NCBI GenBank assembly: GCA_964106645.2
Contig: OZ067039.1
Reading direction: 5' to 3' (one strand)
DNA from: Podarcis pityusensis
Lineage: Eukaryota
Length of the DNA: 64,000 bases
The notes under the pieces were generated by a model. That model did not search any database. It was not told the origin of the DNA and was given only the letters and a program-made list of their open reading frames with translations. The translations under genes and the position numbers were made by a program. Positions 11,741-24,200 of the stretch are shown in pieces. Position 1 is the stretch's first letter; every line of letters starts with the position of its first letter.

Positions 11741-12959
11741 TCAGAAACCACCCAGAAACTGATACAGGAATCTACTCTGATATGGCAAACTGCAGATGAA
11801 GTCGGGGAAAAAACCCTTGCTGCTGAACTTAAGGTGGTACAACTGGAGAGGAGAGTCCCATCCATACAAAGACAACTTGATGAACATAAGCTGACATTCG
11901 TTATGATTGAACTTAAAGAAGAACGGATGAATTTGAGGACCAGAGCCCTATCTGAATTGGAAAAGGAAAGCTTGACAGAGTTTCAGGAGGCGACAGGACT
12001 AACATTGGTTGAGAAAGAGAGGTATTTGGGGGTTAGTATGACTGCCAAAAATGTGAATCTGCTTAAGGACAACTGTGAAGGATGTTGGATTGAAGAGAAG
12101 GGGAATTTGGAAATATGGACAAATCAGAAGTTGTTACTGTTGGGCCGAGTCATTGTGGTGGGGATGAGGGCTGCTGTGTTGCTGGGGATGTTGCTTTTGT
12201 TTCAAACATTGCAAGCTCTGGATGGGATGGAGGGTCTCAGGAGGTGGCAGAGGGATGCTCCTAGAGTTGTTTGGCAGGGCAGGAAGCCTCAAGTTAAGCT
12301 TAAGATATTGATGGATGCTAAAGAAGGAGGTGGACCTGCCCTGCCAGACCTTTAAACTTCGTTGTGAACCATCTGCCTTTTGCTGGTTGAGAGAATGGTT
12401 GCTTCTTGAAAACACTGAAGTGTTGGACAATGGCAGACGAAGTTGATGGACTATAGGGAATTAGTGGAAATGACTGGCAAGATCTGAGACCAGGGTGAAG
12501 AGTCGGTGGAAGAAGATTGGAAAAAGTTTAAAGACTATTTATAGAAATATGGTAAAATTAAGGAATGTTAGAAAAATGTTGGAATGAAATTACATGGCTT
12601 TAGTAGAAATGTCATAAGGAATTAAGTATAAATAGATTAATAGAAAATTAAAGGAAAAGTATGGCAAGAATGTGTTAAGATAATTATAGAACAGAAAACA
12701 GAGTAAGATGGAAAGGAATTGCCGAAACAAATAATAGAAGTGGAATACAAAAATGGAGGTGTGAGGAAGTCGCTGGAAATAAGTGAATGAAATATAAGAT
12801 ATTGAAAATGTTTGAGGTGTTTTTAAATTGTTTTTGTTTGTTTTTGCTTGATTTGTTATTCGTATTGTTTTCTCTTTTTTTTCCTCTTTCTTTGTGTTTG
12901 TAATGCTGTGTTGGAAATTTTGAAAAAGTAATAAATATCATTTAAAAAATAAATAAATA
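11741..12959 (+). mobile_element. Internally deleted L1-clade LINE (ORF1-like + ORF2 fragments + 3' UTR), antisense in SAR1B intron 1
   Basis: 18-bp perfect TSD CAGACTTCAATGAATGGT at 11723-11740 and 12960-12977; YLGV...LLGR...LFQ...WQGRKP...GG.ALPD ORF2 motifs; A-rich tail. Confidence 0.88.
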
Positions 12960-15900
12960 CAGACTTCAATGAATGGTAAGGAATATCACATCCAGAGGAG
13001 ATAAAGAGGTATCATCTCTGCCAAGGGATTGTTGACCCCTTCTTTGATGTTTTACGAAATAAGAATTAAAGTGGTGAAATACAATGCCTTAGAGTTTAAC
13101 ACTCTTCCCTTTCATATGAAAATTTGGAAGTACTTTTTGTGAATCATAATTTAAATTAATGGCAATTCATGTTTATTTAACTAGGTAAAAGACCTAGAGG
13201 AAAACCAGGTCATTTGTTCAGCGTAATTGGCAATGCTAGCAAAAACAATTAAGCAGTTCTTCCAGCATAGGATAATCAATTTCATCTAATTTTGGGTGGG
13301 ACATCTCCATTTCAAAATACAAGCAATATGACTTTCTCCAGCCAGACAGGTAACACAAGAGAAGACATCACAATATGATTCAAATTAAACTACTATTGCA
13401 GCTTGATGTGTTGTCTGAAAGTTCTCAGAAAAGTAACCAATAGTGCTGAGTATAACGGGGGGGGGGGGGGCATTGTGGAAATCATTAAGATTTTCACACA
13501 CTCTGAAAAACAGCACTCTTTTTGGCCATTTTTTGCTGGGGCTCCAAAGGACACAAAAGTATTCACAGGAGGGTTAAACAACTGATGTATTCCTTCTTCC
13601 TCTCCATTCCATGTGAAGACAAAGCTAAGGACTTTGTTTGCCTTCTGTAACATCACCAACTAATTAAATCTACATGCTGCAGTGGCATCATAGTGGGCAC
13701 ATGAATCATGACTGGCTGGGACCTCAAAAAGAGAACACACAAAATGGTTTTGAATCAGTGGGGCAGCAAATAGGTTCACCACCTAACAGACCCTGAAAGC
13801 CCATTTTCCACACCAAAAATATTCACCCAAAAAGTGTGTTACAGTAACTAATCAACATTCTGAGCATATCATGGTATGGAATTAAGTCTTAAACAGCCTT
13901 CAGCAAAGGGCACATCCTTCGAGCAAACCAAGATAATATCTCTCATTCGGAGGAGCTGGTTTTATTAGTTACAAACTAGGAAGCCTACAGGACTTATAGA
14001 TTCTTATCTACTGGCCAGCGAACACTTCCCTCCAGTCTTAACTCTTAATTGTTTAGATTGCATGAGATTGGTGTACTCGTATTAGGGTTATACCATCCAT
14101 TCCTTCCCTGCTGCCATTCATGTTTTGGGCTTCTACTCCCATCATGCCAGACCACTGGCCTTTCTGGGAATAGTTGTCCAACACATCTGGAGAGTACCAG
14201 GCTGGGCTTATATCTATAGGGTTTCAATGTAAAACTGGGAGGAAACATAAAAGTACAGCAAGTGTCCCTTTGTTCCTGGAACTCCAGAACCAACAGCAAA
14301 CCGTGGTCCAGACACACTGCACAAAGCATCTGCATCATCCATTAAGAGATGAATTGGTATGAGTGCAGCCAGGCCTGAAAGATCCTTTCACCCTGAATGC
14401 CAACTAGAAGCACCACAATTAAAACAGTTGCTGGGGGAGCAGTTCACTATCACCACTGTCGTGTCTAAGGAAACACATGGATCCAAGTGACCCTGGCACT
14501 CTTATTTCCTTATCACTGCACTGTCCTACTTCCAATCAAAATTAAACATGTCTTCAGCTCCTTGAGTGTTTGCATTTATAGCCTGCTCAGAAACAGATTG
14601 CAACACCACTAGGATAATTACTGATCAGCTTTAGCTTCCCTGATGGCACAGGAATCTGTGGTTACAACTTTTTATAAATGTTCACCCCTAACATCTGTGT
14701 GGATTGGGTCAGGTGATATGAGTTCAGAGTCCCTTGGCTGCAGTCTAGTGTAATCAAAACTTCAGTGATTCAGTGAAGGCTCCAATGTCCATTTTTGTGA
14801 CAAGACAATAGAAACTGCGAGAAAGCCACATAAGAGAAACTTTAAACCTTTCTATCACCTGGTGTTGCAACATGGAGATAGATGGTCAATAGTTTTTTTG
14901 AAGCAGCCAGAAACTATATCCAGATCGCAAGGACTAGATCCTTATTTTCTCTTTTGAGAACTGCAGTGCTCAGTATTGTGCATGAAAAACATTTGAAAGA
15001 GGAGAAAAAACAACTGCTTCCAACTTGCTGCTTTATTTTATTAAAGTCCCTAGAACTCATTACAGCTCTCAAATAAACTCTGAACTTCTGAAATACTTTA
15101 AATTACCACAAACAAACTGCAAAGGTGGCACTCATGTTCTTTCACTCCCAGAAATGCCTATATACTGGCCTCTCCCATGAAAATATATACACTCACAGAT
15201 TTGCAATACATCCACAATAGCCATTGGCCACAAATCTATCCCACTTACCTCATTAATATTAGCTATAGGGAAACATAGAAAGGCTGAATAAGAAAAAAAA
15301 TCTGTTTTACAACACTTCCTCTCCCTGCTCACCAGGAATAAAATAATAATCACCATAGGTGATCTGGTAGTTTCTCTTTACAAGTCTGGGATAACATCTT
15401 ACCAATTATAATACAAAGTAGTCAGGGCAAAATTCAACAGTGGATCAAGACCTAAAACAGCTCTATAGGCACTGTTATTAGGAGTGAGGAGCTATGTTTT
15501 TCCTAGATTCCTGAAGACTATTATTAAGTATCAAAAAAACCCCAGAATCTTCTGTTGTTAATATAAAAAGCAAAGATCTATCACATGAAGTGTAACAAGA
15601 AAAAACAAATATTAGGACCTATGCTGTGCTTCCCCTAATTAGAAAAAAACTGGCAACCTGTTCCTATGTTTACTCAGAACTAAGTATCACTGATTTTTAT
15701 ATGATTTACTCCCAAGTAAGACTGCATGGGATTGTGCTGTAAAAGGCTAGGCTAAACTATACAACAACTGATTAGATACAAGATGCATTACAAAGAAAAC
15801 ATTAAGGACAGAACATGCTCATCACATGAACTCCACATTACACAACGGCACATCTAAAACTGACACTTACAGGACTGAAAAGCAAAGGTCAAGAACAAGC

Positions 15901-18900
15901 AAACACAGCAGTACATACACGTCATCTGATTTATTTATTGCTTGAACAAAATACCGAACAGGGAAAGCTTCCAAGAGGTTTAGAAAAACTATCTACTCAA
16001 GTAACATACAAATCAGTCCACAGGGTGTGATGCAAAATAACTGCTCATATTTCAGAGGTGAAAATAACATGACTAGGCTTTAGGAAGTTGAGCTGGAAGG
16101 ATCCTTTTGGGTTAAGCAATCTTGTAAATCAAAACAGAGGCCTCTGGAGATTTTATTTAAAGTTACACTTAAATGCAACACGCTATATAAGAGAGGAAAT
16201 TAATATATTGGATTGAAACAAACTATGGAGGGGGAGCACAGTAGAGAAGATACCCAGCATCCAAAGTGGACATTTCTATTGCTAAATGGGAAATTACATA
16301 TTTTACTGAGAAGCTTGATACTTAAAGGTAGTTTGTTCTTTTATAATTGCTGCCCTATGCTCCTTGCAGAAGGACAGACAGGATAGAAATGATGCAGTAG
16401 TAACAACAACAAAAACAATCTACAAGAGTGAAATTGAATATATCTACCATGGGAAAGAGGAGGAGAAAGAACCATAAAAGTGCAATAGTGCAGTACTATT
16501 GGCACGTACGATTAAGGATTTTGTCACCAGATATCTTTATATAAAAATCCTGTTTGGGTCTTTCATGCTGAGGCATATTCAAGCCTAACCAAAATAAAAG
16601 ACATATGCAGTTGTTTGAGGAGAAACGCTTAAGTTCCCATATGGCATCTCCTGCATGAGGAGTGTCAGAGATTGCGGCACAGAAGGAAAGTCCCACCACA
16701 GCTTCACCGTTTGTTCATCCAAGTCACTCTAGGTTATGCAAGAATTCGAACCAGGTCTGGATACTGGGCCCACCCTGGATCTTCCATGCACTGTAACACT
16801 GGCTTCTAGTACAAGTTGTGGAATGGGTCAGGAATCTTCCACACCTCATCACATGAAGCAAACAAAGGGTAATGCTGCTGATTACCTATTGCACATTTCA
16901 ACACTGTATTTGCTAATGTCCTATTCTAATGTCCATTACTATGTGTTCGGTGCAATGTAGCCTCCGCAGTGATGTTTGAGATATCCAAAGAAATGGATCA
17001 GCCTGGCCCAGGTTCTTGTGGTTAAAACTCTTCTTTTCACTGAAGCTTGCACAGGTCAGATTGAGTATCAAAACCCCACAAAACACAGCTGGTGTTCTTT
17101 ATTTCAGAATGCTATGGCTTTGCCATTGTTTTTTTGAAAGGTTGATTTCAAACCTCTCACTGCAGGCCAAGGATACTGATGTGATTTGCACACTCCTGCC
17201 TGAATACCTATGGCTATAACTACTAAGAACACAGCAAGAGGCAAGTACGGTAAATGTTATAGGAAATGATCTAGGAATAGGTGTCCTTTCACAAAGAGTA
17301 TAATGTTTGTTGTTGCTGCTGCCCACACTCTGCATGGGGTGGCAGGGAGAAGGCAGATGCAAGAAAGTAACATTGCATAAGCATAGCCCACATAACTCTA
17401 TCCAATGCCTTCTTCTTACACTGCGGTCCTTGAAGTTCACAGTTGTTCTACACTGTCTGCACAAGCACATGGAAACATGCACACACTTTCCTTCCACTCT
17501 ACCATATATGCTCCCTAGCTACCACATTCAGAATGCGGAGTCATTTTTTTAGATCTAAACAACTTTAACCCGACAAGATCTTGCATACATTTTAAAATGT
17601 ATTCTAATGCCTTTATATTAGTCCTCAAGAAGAGGGCACACAGATTTAGGCAGCCCCAGTCCCCACAGCAAATGGTCAAGGATGATGCAAGAAACATCTG
17701 GAGGGCAGCAGATTCCCCCTTTCCCATTCTAGAATAAAGGGATATTTGAAACAGTGGCTTTCTCCAAGGCTAAACATCATAGTTTCCCCCTAGCCAGCAT
17801 ATAGGATGACAATTCTAAGGTAATTATTTTATAAACGTAGTAAATGATAACTTACTATTTTGGAAATTCCCCCCTCAAAATTATGATCAATAACTAGAAG
17901 AGAATTCACTAGATAACAGTAACAGCTTTGTTTCAAAATATCAAGTAAAAACTCCTCTAAGAAAAATTATGGAAAGAGTTAACATACAATCTGATTGCAC
18001 TTTAGCCATTGTACTTTGTGCACCTAGAATTGTATAGATTCAATCTTCTAGAAACAGCTTGGCAAATGAAAGTTCAAAGTCTACTGTGTGACTCTGCAAG
18101 ACTCACAGCAGTTTTACTGAACTTTGCATTCTAAGAACTGCCTGCATTTTCAACTAATTTTCTATTGATGATTGAGTTCTATTCCATTGTAAACTCCATC
18201 ATAAGTAAAGCAGAAATATATTATGGTCTCTGGAAGCTAAGTAGTATCCAATTACCTTGGAGAACATGCAAGTTTCCAAATGAAATATTTCCATATAAAT
18301 CAAAACTGTGATTTATGTAAGCCTTTTTTCTATGGCTATCTGGTTACAGTACAATGTAGTGAAACACTATTAGATAGTCATGCATTATTTGAGAGCTACC
18401 AAAGGGTGAGGTAGCACCTTTTATTTGAAAAACAGAAGCTGACCTGAACCTGCAGGCTTCTAAATCTACAAGCTATGCTAAGCATCTTTATGTAACTTCT
18501 GTAACTGAATACTGATTACCAATCTCTGATGTCTCAATAACCAGTTAAGTTTCAAATCCCAAGTACAATGGAATCCTGGTAAACCTTAACTGCAATTAGT
18601 GCTAATGGAGATTTTGGTAGGCTTCAGGCTGACAGGGTATGAGCAGTGACAATTCACGCACCAGAACAGAAGAATTGGGGGCAGGGGGAGGTATATGTCA
18701 CCCTGCCTGCAATGGCTCACACCCAGTCTCTTAACTATAGTTAAGAAATTGACTATGCTCAAGTAATGAAATTATATCACGTACACCACTTCTGTTTCCC
18801 TCCCTGTCCTCTGTATCAACTTTTTGATTGTAAGCTCCATAGGACAAGGCCCATGCCACTCATACCTTGCAAATTACTTTTGTGCATCAATGAAGCTATA

Positions 18901-20711
18901 AACAAACAGTGAGCTCTAACTAGTCCATCTGCACCGTGTGTGTATGTGTCCCCTATGAATGAGCATAGTCAGAGTGCTCTATACCAATGGGGTTCAAATT
19001 TCTCAGACCTTCAGTGATCCCATTTCGTATTGCTGTTCACAGAATCTCTGCTCATCTTCCATTGAATCCTTGTGTGTTACTGTTTCGACCTAGTCATTGC
19101 CCCATATGTGCTGACAGGCCTTCCTAGAACACACACCTCAACCCCTTCACAGCTGCACATTGCAAGGCAATACTAATGATGACAGACAAACTGTCTATCA
19201 GGCAGCTCACCCACCACTAATAATCCTATCACTGTGGAGCTACCAAGCTTTTATGGAATTCCAAAGTTTTGTGAACACAGTTTGAAAACTGCCACTCTAT
19301 TATTGAAGGGCAATTCCGTAGTGACCAATATAACATCTGGAAGCTTATGTACATAACATTTGTGTTTTAGCTACTTTTATTTGAACTCCAATTAACATTA
19401 AACTATTTGTGTAGTAACTTTATTGATCCTCCCTCCAAAACAAAATCAGTAAGTATTTTTAATTTAAATACTTCCTTTTTCTTTTCTTTTTTTAAAAAGA
19501 TGTGACCAACATGACAATCTTGCAACCTTAAGAATTTACCTATAACTTTAATAATGTTATTGTCTTTAAAAAAAACCAAGCAAAAAAAGAAATCCATCTG
19601 CAGCAATATATGTAAAAAGCTAATGTTTCACGGATAAGAGTCAATCATATGCTGATGTTTCTTGGGAACTGTGGAAAAATGGTTTTCTGTCAAATGATCT
19701 GTGACCACTATAACTTGTTACAATTCAATGACAGACACTTACAAATAAATGCCTCCAAAGCAAGAGCCTATGTATATGACATTTAACTATGCATTGACAA
19801 GTTGTAGGTCAGCATCAAGTCCATGTGGAAAATTGTAATGTCATTATTTGTTTCTTTTCAACCCAACATTTATCATCATTTGCAGGGAAAACAAAGGTCA
19901 CAGAAATCCCCTTTTTAAGATGATGATTTCATATCGATGAATATAATCTGGCATCATTTGGCCAACAAATTTTCATTTAAATTTCTCTGCCTCAAACTTA
20001 ACAACGAAGTTGCCAGCTGACACCAATACTTCAGTGGCTATTTCTGCTTCTGCATCCTTTCAGGATAACCACATTTTCCATAGGGGAAGTATTTCCTGTG
20101 CTTGTGGCTTGTTTTAAATTACCTGAAAACTTCATATACACTTTGTGTTCAAGCCTGTTTTCAAACTTTACAGGGTTGTACGGCTCCCTAAGGCAAGGCA
20201 AGATATCTTCAGCATTTTTTTTGTGAGGGGGATATATCTAAGGAGAAGATAGAAGCCCCTAGATGCTTCAAGAAATGGGGTGGGATTCTAGTAGCAACAT
20301 CAATTCTACACTTTTCCAAACCACACCTAGTTTGAACTTACTAATAATTAACCTAAAAGGTTTTCCAACTATTAAATACATTGTCTCTCTCTTGAAAGCA
20401 GTAACATATATCCACTCCTCATCCGACCTGTCTTTCAGATTGTAAGCTTCTTACAAAACCTCCATAAGATGCCCTACATGGTACAAATTTTAGGCCCAAT
20501 AATTATTAAATTCTCAGGGAAGGAATTATGACAGTCCTAAGAAGGGATTTAAATGACACATATGACAACATATTTACGGTATGTAAGTTGCACATTGTGG
20601 CGTAATATGAGTCACAATAACTGTTGCATATAATATACATTTCAAGTAACGTTTTATAACTATTATGCACTGTATGTGACCTGTTGTAAGAACATATGGC
20701 TGGGCTAGTAG

Positions 20712-20713
<2 letters not shown>

Positions 20714-20753
<40 letters not shown>
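20714..20753 (+). repeat. (GT)20 microsatellite
   Basis: direct reading. Confidence 0.95.
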
Positions 20754-20755
<2 letters not shown>

Positions 20756-22309
20756 GTTTTCTATGTATGGCACTCAACGTGTTTTGTCACTTTCAGACCA
20801 TGGCCAGAGCTGGATGATTTGGAAGAAACATACCAGAAGGCTCAAGGCAATTATTTAGTAATCCAACTCCTGCCATTCACTGCTTAGTTTTGAGTAATCA
20901 GACGTATAAGGACACCTTGGGAGTAGTGTTGCAATTGTTTGGCTGCCTTGCGTCTCTATCATCTCTGTCTCAACCTTTTAACACAACTGCATTCCTACCT
21001 TTCAACATGTAAGCAGCAACCTTTCTTGAAGTTGCACTACTACAATGCTAAAGCTAAGAAAGTATATAGGTCATGCCATGCAAACACTTATTTTTTACAC
21101 ATTCTTAAAAAGCTAGCCTGCTTCATAGCACTTTGTAGTGGTATATATGTATAACAGATTAAATACAATGATTTTAATGCCAATTAGATTCACTATCAGA
21201 GAGATGGTGGCACTTCTGTATTCATTATATAATGAGGTGGTAATGGTGATCAACTAAAAGTAATTTAATACTGTTTAAATTTACCTTGAATGAATTTCAT
21301 TTTTTATTGATTCATTCCATTTCACCTAATGCTCCTTCCACCCAAAAAAGGTAGAGTTAGTAATGCAAAATAATCTACACTGACATATGTCATCAGATTC
21401 TTAAATGTTAGGAAATCAAAGTGAAACTTCCATGCCTGACCTATAGTGACCTACATATGACTAAGATTGCAAAATTACTTCTTAGTAAGAAACAACTTCT
21501 TACAAATTCCCACAGCAGAACTTACAATTTTAAATAGACGTGTGGTTAATGTTTAGTGTACTCCAGAGTCCATTTAAATACTAGCATATTGATTTGGTAC
21601 ACATTACATTCTACAAGTAATTGATGTTTTCTTTAAATACAGACCTCTTTCTTGTATACTATTTTGCTGTTGTTAATCTCTGAAGACTTCGTAACTTTCT
21701 ACCAATGTAGCACAATGCCTGCCTTCTTTTCCACATTAAATATTAGAAATATATGAAGCTTTATATCAGTGAATAATATTTTTCAGTTTGCCTTCTGGTA
21801 CAATTCATTTTTTGAACTTCTGACACATGCATAAATTTTCACTCATTTGTTCTAAATTAATTCACCTAAAATTCCTACCACCAAACATCAGGTCCACTAA
21901 TGTGATATCTGCATTCCTACTTCATTGATAAACAAATTTAAAAGTAGGAGGGTGAGTCTAGAAAATCCTGATTACAAACACTACATAGTTAAAGCATGTT
22001 CAGGGGGAACTAATTTGTATTAAGCAACCTTAATATCCATACCTATTATTTTTAACAAAGGAACACAGTCCCCAGGAAAAGCCTCCTAGCCTGACTTCCA
22101 CATAAGAAGCATGAAAACATTTTAATGAGCTGGTTGAGTAATGAAATATGTTTTAATACCAGTTGTAGGAAAACAAGCAAACGGAAGCACTTCTTAATAG
22201 CTAAATTATAATTGTATTTGCTAGAAGCAAACAAAGTTCAATGGGATTTCCTTCCTGGTGCAAGTAGTGTTAGGATTGCTATCCAACAATACTTTTGATT
22301 TGCTTCCAG

Positions 22310-22456
22310 GGTAGAGCTGCAGGAACCAGTGATACTCCAGATGGTGCTAGATTACTACTCCCATCATTCCTGATCATTGATCATACTGGCTGGGGCTGAT
22401 GGGAGCTGGAGTCTAATACAGTAGTATCTGGAAAGCCTAAGGTTCATCACCCCTAC
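22310..22456. mobile_element. Old hAT-type MITE related to the 136-bp family (other degenerate copies ~6064-6160, 40932-41050, 43140-43285)
   Basis: ctccagatg...actcccatca...gatgggag...tctgga quasi-palindromic core. Confidence 0.6.
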
Positions 22457-22937
22457 TCTAAGTGACTTCAGATGCCCCAGAAACAGCAGTGAAGAGCGGA
22501 CAAAATATTAAACGAACTATAAGTTTATGGGGTATTTATCACTTCATGTATGTATTTAATTCTGTACAAAATAGCTGATGGGACAAAAAAGGTTATTATA
22601 AAAATTATGGTGTGTGCTTTCTCCTTCTCCCAAGCTGCTATATATACTACACTATAATAGCCCACCAGCACCAAGGCAGCAGTTTCTAATTTTCAATTAA
22701 GCCAAGTTCTTCCCATACAGCCAGTGGTGTGTCTTCTGAGCTTCCCACCACTGAGAATGTATCAGTATTAAGCCTTTTGTTTCATAATTATCAATCGGAA
22801 GAATTCGCCAACTGACATCTTATCTGAGAATATCATGTCCTCAGTGAGAATGTGTGTGGCCATGGGCACAGCTTGCCAGCTTGGTCCAGAGGTGGTGCGC
22901 TTGGCTTGACCCGACTTATGTTTACGTGGGAGGTTAC

Positions 22938-23017
22938 CTGGGCAAATCACTCCGAGTTCCGCATCCGTATATGGAAATGACAAGGGCCTACCTCACAGAA
23001 CTGTTGTCAAGGGTGAA
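22938..23017 (+). mobile_element. MIR/CORE-SINE fragment
   Basis: tgggcaaatcact...catccgtatatgg...cctacctcacagaactgttgtcaaggg resembles the MIR core. Confidence 0.55.
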
Positions 23018-23599
23018 AGAAACAGAAACCGCCACATATTTTTTAGCTCATTATGTGTGCTATAGCAGTGATTCATTAGTGGCAACTTGATATGTGACAG
23101 CGGCAAAGGTTACTACTAGTCAAATCACCAACCCAGTTTCACCCTTCGTGCTCCCTGCACTGACTCATCATATGACAACTGGGCAAGGCACCATACTTGG
23201 TTTCCTTTCTAAATTGCAAGTGTCCTTTAGTTAGGCAAAATGCATGACAGCACTGATGAACTACGGAGCCACCAACATCTATTTTAAAATAAATAAATAA
23301 AAACCACCATCATAAACAAAACAGGGAAGAACATAAAGAAATAAAGAGGGGGGCAGGCAATCGAGAGACAGGGAGGGTGCGGGGGTATTGGGGGCAAGTG
23401 ACAAAAGGAGAGGGGAAGAAACAGCGCGAGCTTATTATTGTTATTATTTTAGTGGGAAGGGGAAAGAATCAGTGGGGCGAAAGAAGGGATCTTTTTCGAG
23501 AAGGGGCAAACAAATATCAGAGACAGCACTAAGAGCACAAGCAGAGCCAAGGGGTCGGGCAAGGGAGGACTGGGCATGGGGTGGGGGGCAGCAGAGGTA

Positions 23600-24200
23600 A
23601 GGTGGGAGCATATGGCTAGCAGGACAGACCCGGCAGAGAGAGGCTATGGGGCCGGAGAGTCGTCGCGGGGCTCTGTGGGGCGGACAGGCCAGAGGCGGCG
23701 AGAGAAAGGGGAGCCAGTCCCTGGTCAACCACCTTCCCTCCCGGCCGGCAGCCCCGCCGCCAAGCGCCACTCACCCGCTACCGAGAGCCTGGGATCCGGG
23801 CCAGTCCGTCTTCAGCTCCGCCCGGCACCAACACAGGAGCCCGAGGCCGCTCCGCTCGGCTCTTCTCCTCTCCTCCGCTCCGCCCCTCGCCGGCTCCTTC
23901 CTTCCGGGTCCCGTCGGATTACGGCAGCCGCCGCCGCCGGGAGCTGAGCCGCCGCCTCCTGTTTCTGCTGTGGATGGTCGGGGTCGGCTGATGGGGCGTT
24001 TTGCCTCTGGCTGGGTCGCCCTCGAGCATCCCGGCCCCCAACGAAGGCTGCTCCTGTTCCAGACGCTTCTCGTTCAGAAAACAACCGCCACCATCGCCCT
24101 ATAGCTGCTTTCAAGGGGTCTATTCGGAAAGAGGGTCCTTTATGGGAGGGGGGTCTCGCTGGAGGGCTGCGGCTTCAACCCAAATCCGCGGTTACTCCTT
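23600..24200. promoter_or_regulatory. CpG island / SAR1B promoter
   Basis: Abrupt GC- and CpG-rich block in an AT-rich background, GCC repeats, ETS-like CTTCCGG at ~23901. Confidence 0.8.
23775..23960 (-). other. SAR1B: Putative SAR1B non-coding exon 1 (5' end approximate)
   Basis: Minus-strand donor GG|gtgagt at 23775/23774 inside a CpG island; no ATG in the exon; the ATG-bearing exon has its own acceptor so an upstream exon is required. Confidence 0.7.

Noticed and set aside
11669-12355. 228-aa ORF as a host protein-coding gene
   Set aside because: L1-derived, bounded by a TSD, no promoter or splice evidence; reported as a TE finding instead
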